DNA of 64,000 bases from Fimicolochytrium jonesii (taxonomy: Eukaryota): NCBI RefSeq assembly GCF_025526975.1, contig NW_026515690.1:372001-436000 (forward strand). Direction: 5' to 3'. A program made the translations under genes and the position numbers. Below, piece after piece: positions 62,446-64,000 of this stretch. Numbering within the stretch: the stretch's first letter is position 1; every line of letters starts with the position of its first letter. The notes beneath the pieces were generated by a model. That model was not told the origin of the DNA. It did no database searches and saw nothing but the letters and a program-made list of their open reading frames with translations.

Positions 62446-63759
62446 ATGATGAGCAGTTCGGTGTCTTGCGGCCTCGACGCAATCCGCTCGCTGGACGGCT
62501 ACACAGCAGATCATTGGACGTTCCTGACTTCTATGTGCATCAGCAATCGACTAGTGTTAGCTCTTTCAATACCAAGCGCACTGTTGTCGTTATGCGTCGC
62601 CTTGTCGATGCTGTTCTTACTGGCGAGGGATTACAAGCTCACAGGGCCAACGATGACTATGAGTAAGATATTTTTCGTAAGTCCGAACATTAATGTCTCC
62701 AATCGACTGCACTAGTTACTGACCCGTGTAGCATTCAAATAGATCTGTTCGGCAATCACGTCAACGGGCTTAATGTTGGGAGCCATGGGCTTTTTGGCGT
62801 CCGGATCGGGCATGGTAATCTTGAGCACATGCACATTCCTGGTGGGGTCTCAAGGTAGGGGTCCGAATGTGCGCGACGACGGATTGTTTTTTGTCCGGCT
62901 TACTCATATTGAAGTCCCTCCGTCCATCTACCAGGCCTCATCGGTGGGGCGTATTCGACGTTATTTCAGTGGTAAGGGATATTCGGAAAGGTGCTGGCAT
63001 GCAGCAATGCTCATCCACCACTTGCTCATAGGATCACCGTGACAACTAAGATGCTCGACTTGCAGGATGAGGAATGGTTGACGCTTCGGGTTCATGCGCT
63101 GCGCAGGACACTGCTTGTCCCTACGTACATCGTGTTTTCAATCTGCATGCCCGTCTGCGCGATCCGAGCCGCCTCCAACAACCACACGACAATGTACAAT
63201 GTGGTTTCCTTCCTTTACTTTGGGTTAATGATGCCGTGGTTCGTGAATTGGTGCGCCTGCGCCAGCCAGTTCTCGGTGCACTTTGCGCGCCTGATCGAAG
63301 CGACCGTGGACGGGACTAAGGAATTCCATTTTTCGATACAAAGATCGGCCGGTGGAGCCAAGGCGATTACGCACATGGCGACACCAACCATCGGAACCGT
63401 TACGTTCAATCCGTCTGGCCTGAGCAACCCGGCAAAGGACCGAGCGGCGGAGATGCTAGCTGTGGCCAAGCGAGTGCGGCTTGTAGGGGCCTTGATTGCT
63501 GGCGACAAAGTGCTTTTCATCCTCTTGTACGTCGTTATTATGATCCACGGGCTCCTAGCATGGCAACGGCCAGACTTGAGCACTGTGCCCTTTGGGCTCT
63601 ACGCTGTCATGGTCTGTGGGATCCCGGGGTAAGTGTGAACGACTTGAGGAGAGACCCCGCTGTTCAACCAACTGACCTCTGTATTGTCGTAGTGCAAACT
63701 TTCTGGTCTGTGCCATGGCGTACTACCACGTCTCTACGGGGCCTAGCAGATCATCCTAA
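62446..63759 (+). CDS. Orphan seven-transmembrane (GPCR-like topology) protein; 5 exons
   Basis: Seven hydrophobic segments after manual splicing, with a long loop between TM5 and TM6; stop TAA at 63757-63759. Confidence 0.6.
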
Positions 63760-64000
63760 TATCGAAAGAAGTTGGTAGTAGTAGGAGCTCCTGCTCTCGG
63801 AGCCGTTGGTACATACCCAATCTATACCTAGTAATCTCCCCTTCCTACCGCATGTTGTGCTGTTTGCTGTCTCCACAGGACTTTTCACATCACACCTATC
63901 TTCACAACTGACTGTGCCCGCATGTCCGTCGAAGGAAGGTTTCACCTTGACGCAGATGTCCATCTCCTTCAAAGCGGACTGCGGTCATCAATTACAACAC

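Noticed and set aside
63751..64000. Minus-strand ORF at the right edge
   Set aside because: Could be the 3' end of a convergent gene, but too little sequence to support a call.

Overview
Gene-dense, intron-rich, GC-rich eukaryotic DNA, most likely from a zoosporic fungus (chytrid). That is inferred from fungal genes (PacC/Rim101, a Clr2-type module, a GPI wall protein, an aspartic protease) sitting beside flagellar/centriolar genes (IFT80, a CEP295-like N-terminus, LRRC43-like, EF-hand/WD40 WDR49-like). About 18 spliced protein-coding genes can be read, including MMSDH, an FAD monooxygenase, RPS3, GPATCH1, a Cu+ P1B-ATPase, ECM29 and an orphan 7TM protein. The most striking element is a complete 5,042-bp Ngaro-type tyrosine-recombinase retrotransposon (49381-54422, minus strand) with identical split direct repeats. 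Its RT motif is YSDN rather than YxDD, its recombinase motif is SxxR rather than HxxR, and its Pol frame is open across the whole gag gene. Other notable items are an apparent in-frame fusion of a Clr2 silencing module to an INO80E/Nhp10-like coiled coil and HMG box, a miniature CEP295/Ana1-like gene, and abrupt alternation of C-rich and G-rich blocks inside exons. All family calls come from motif recognition by eye, with no database searches; exon boundaries are manual predictions.
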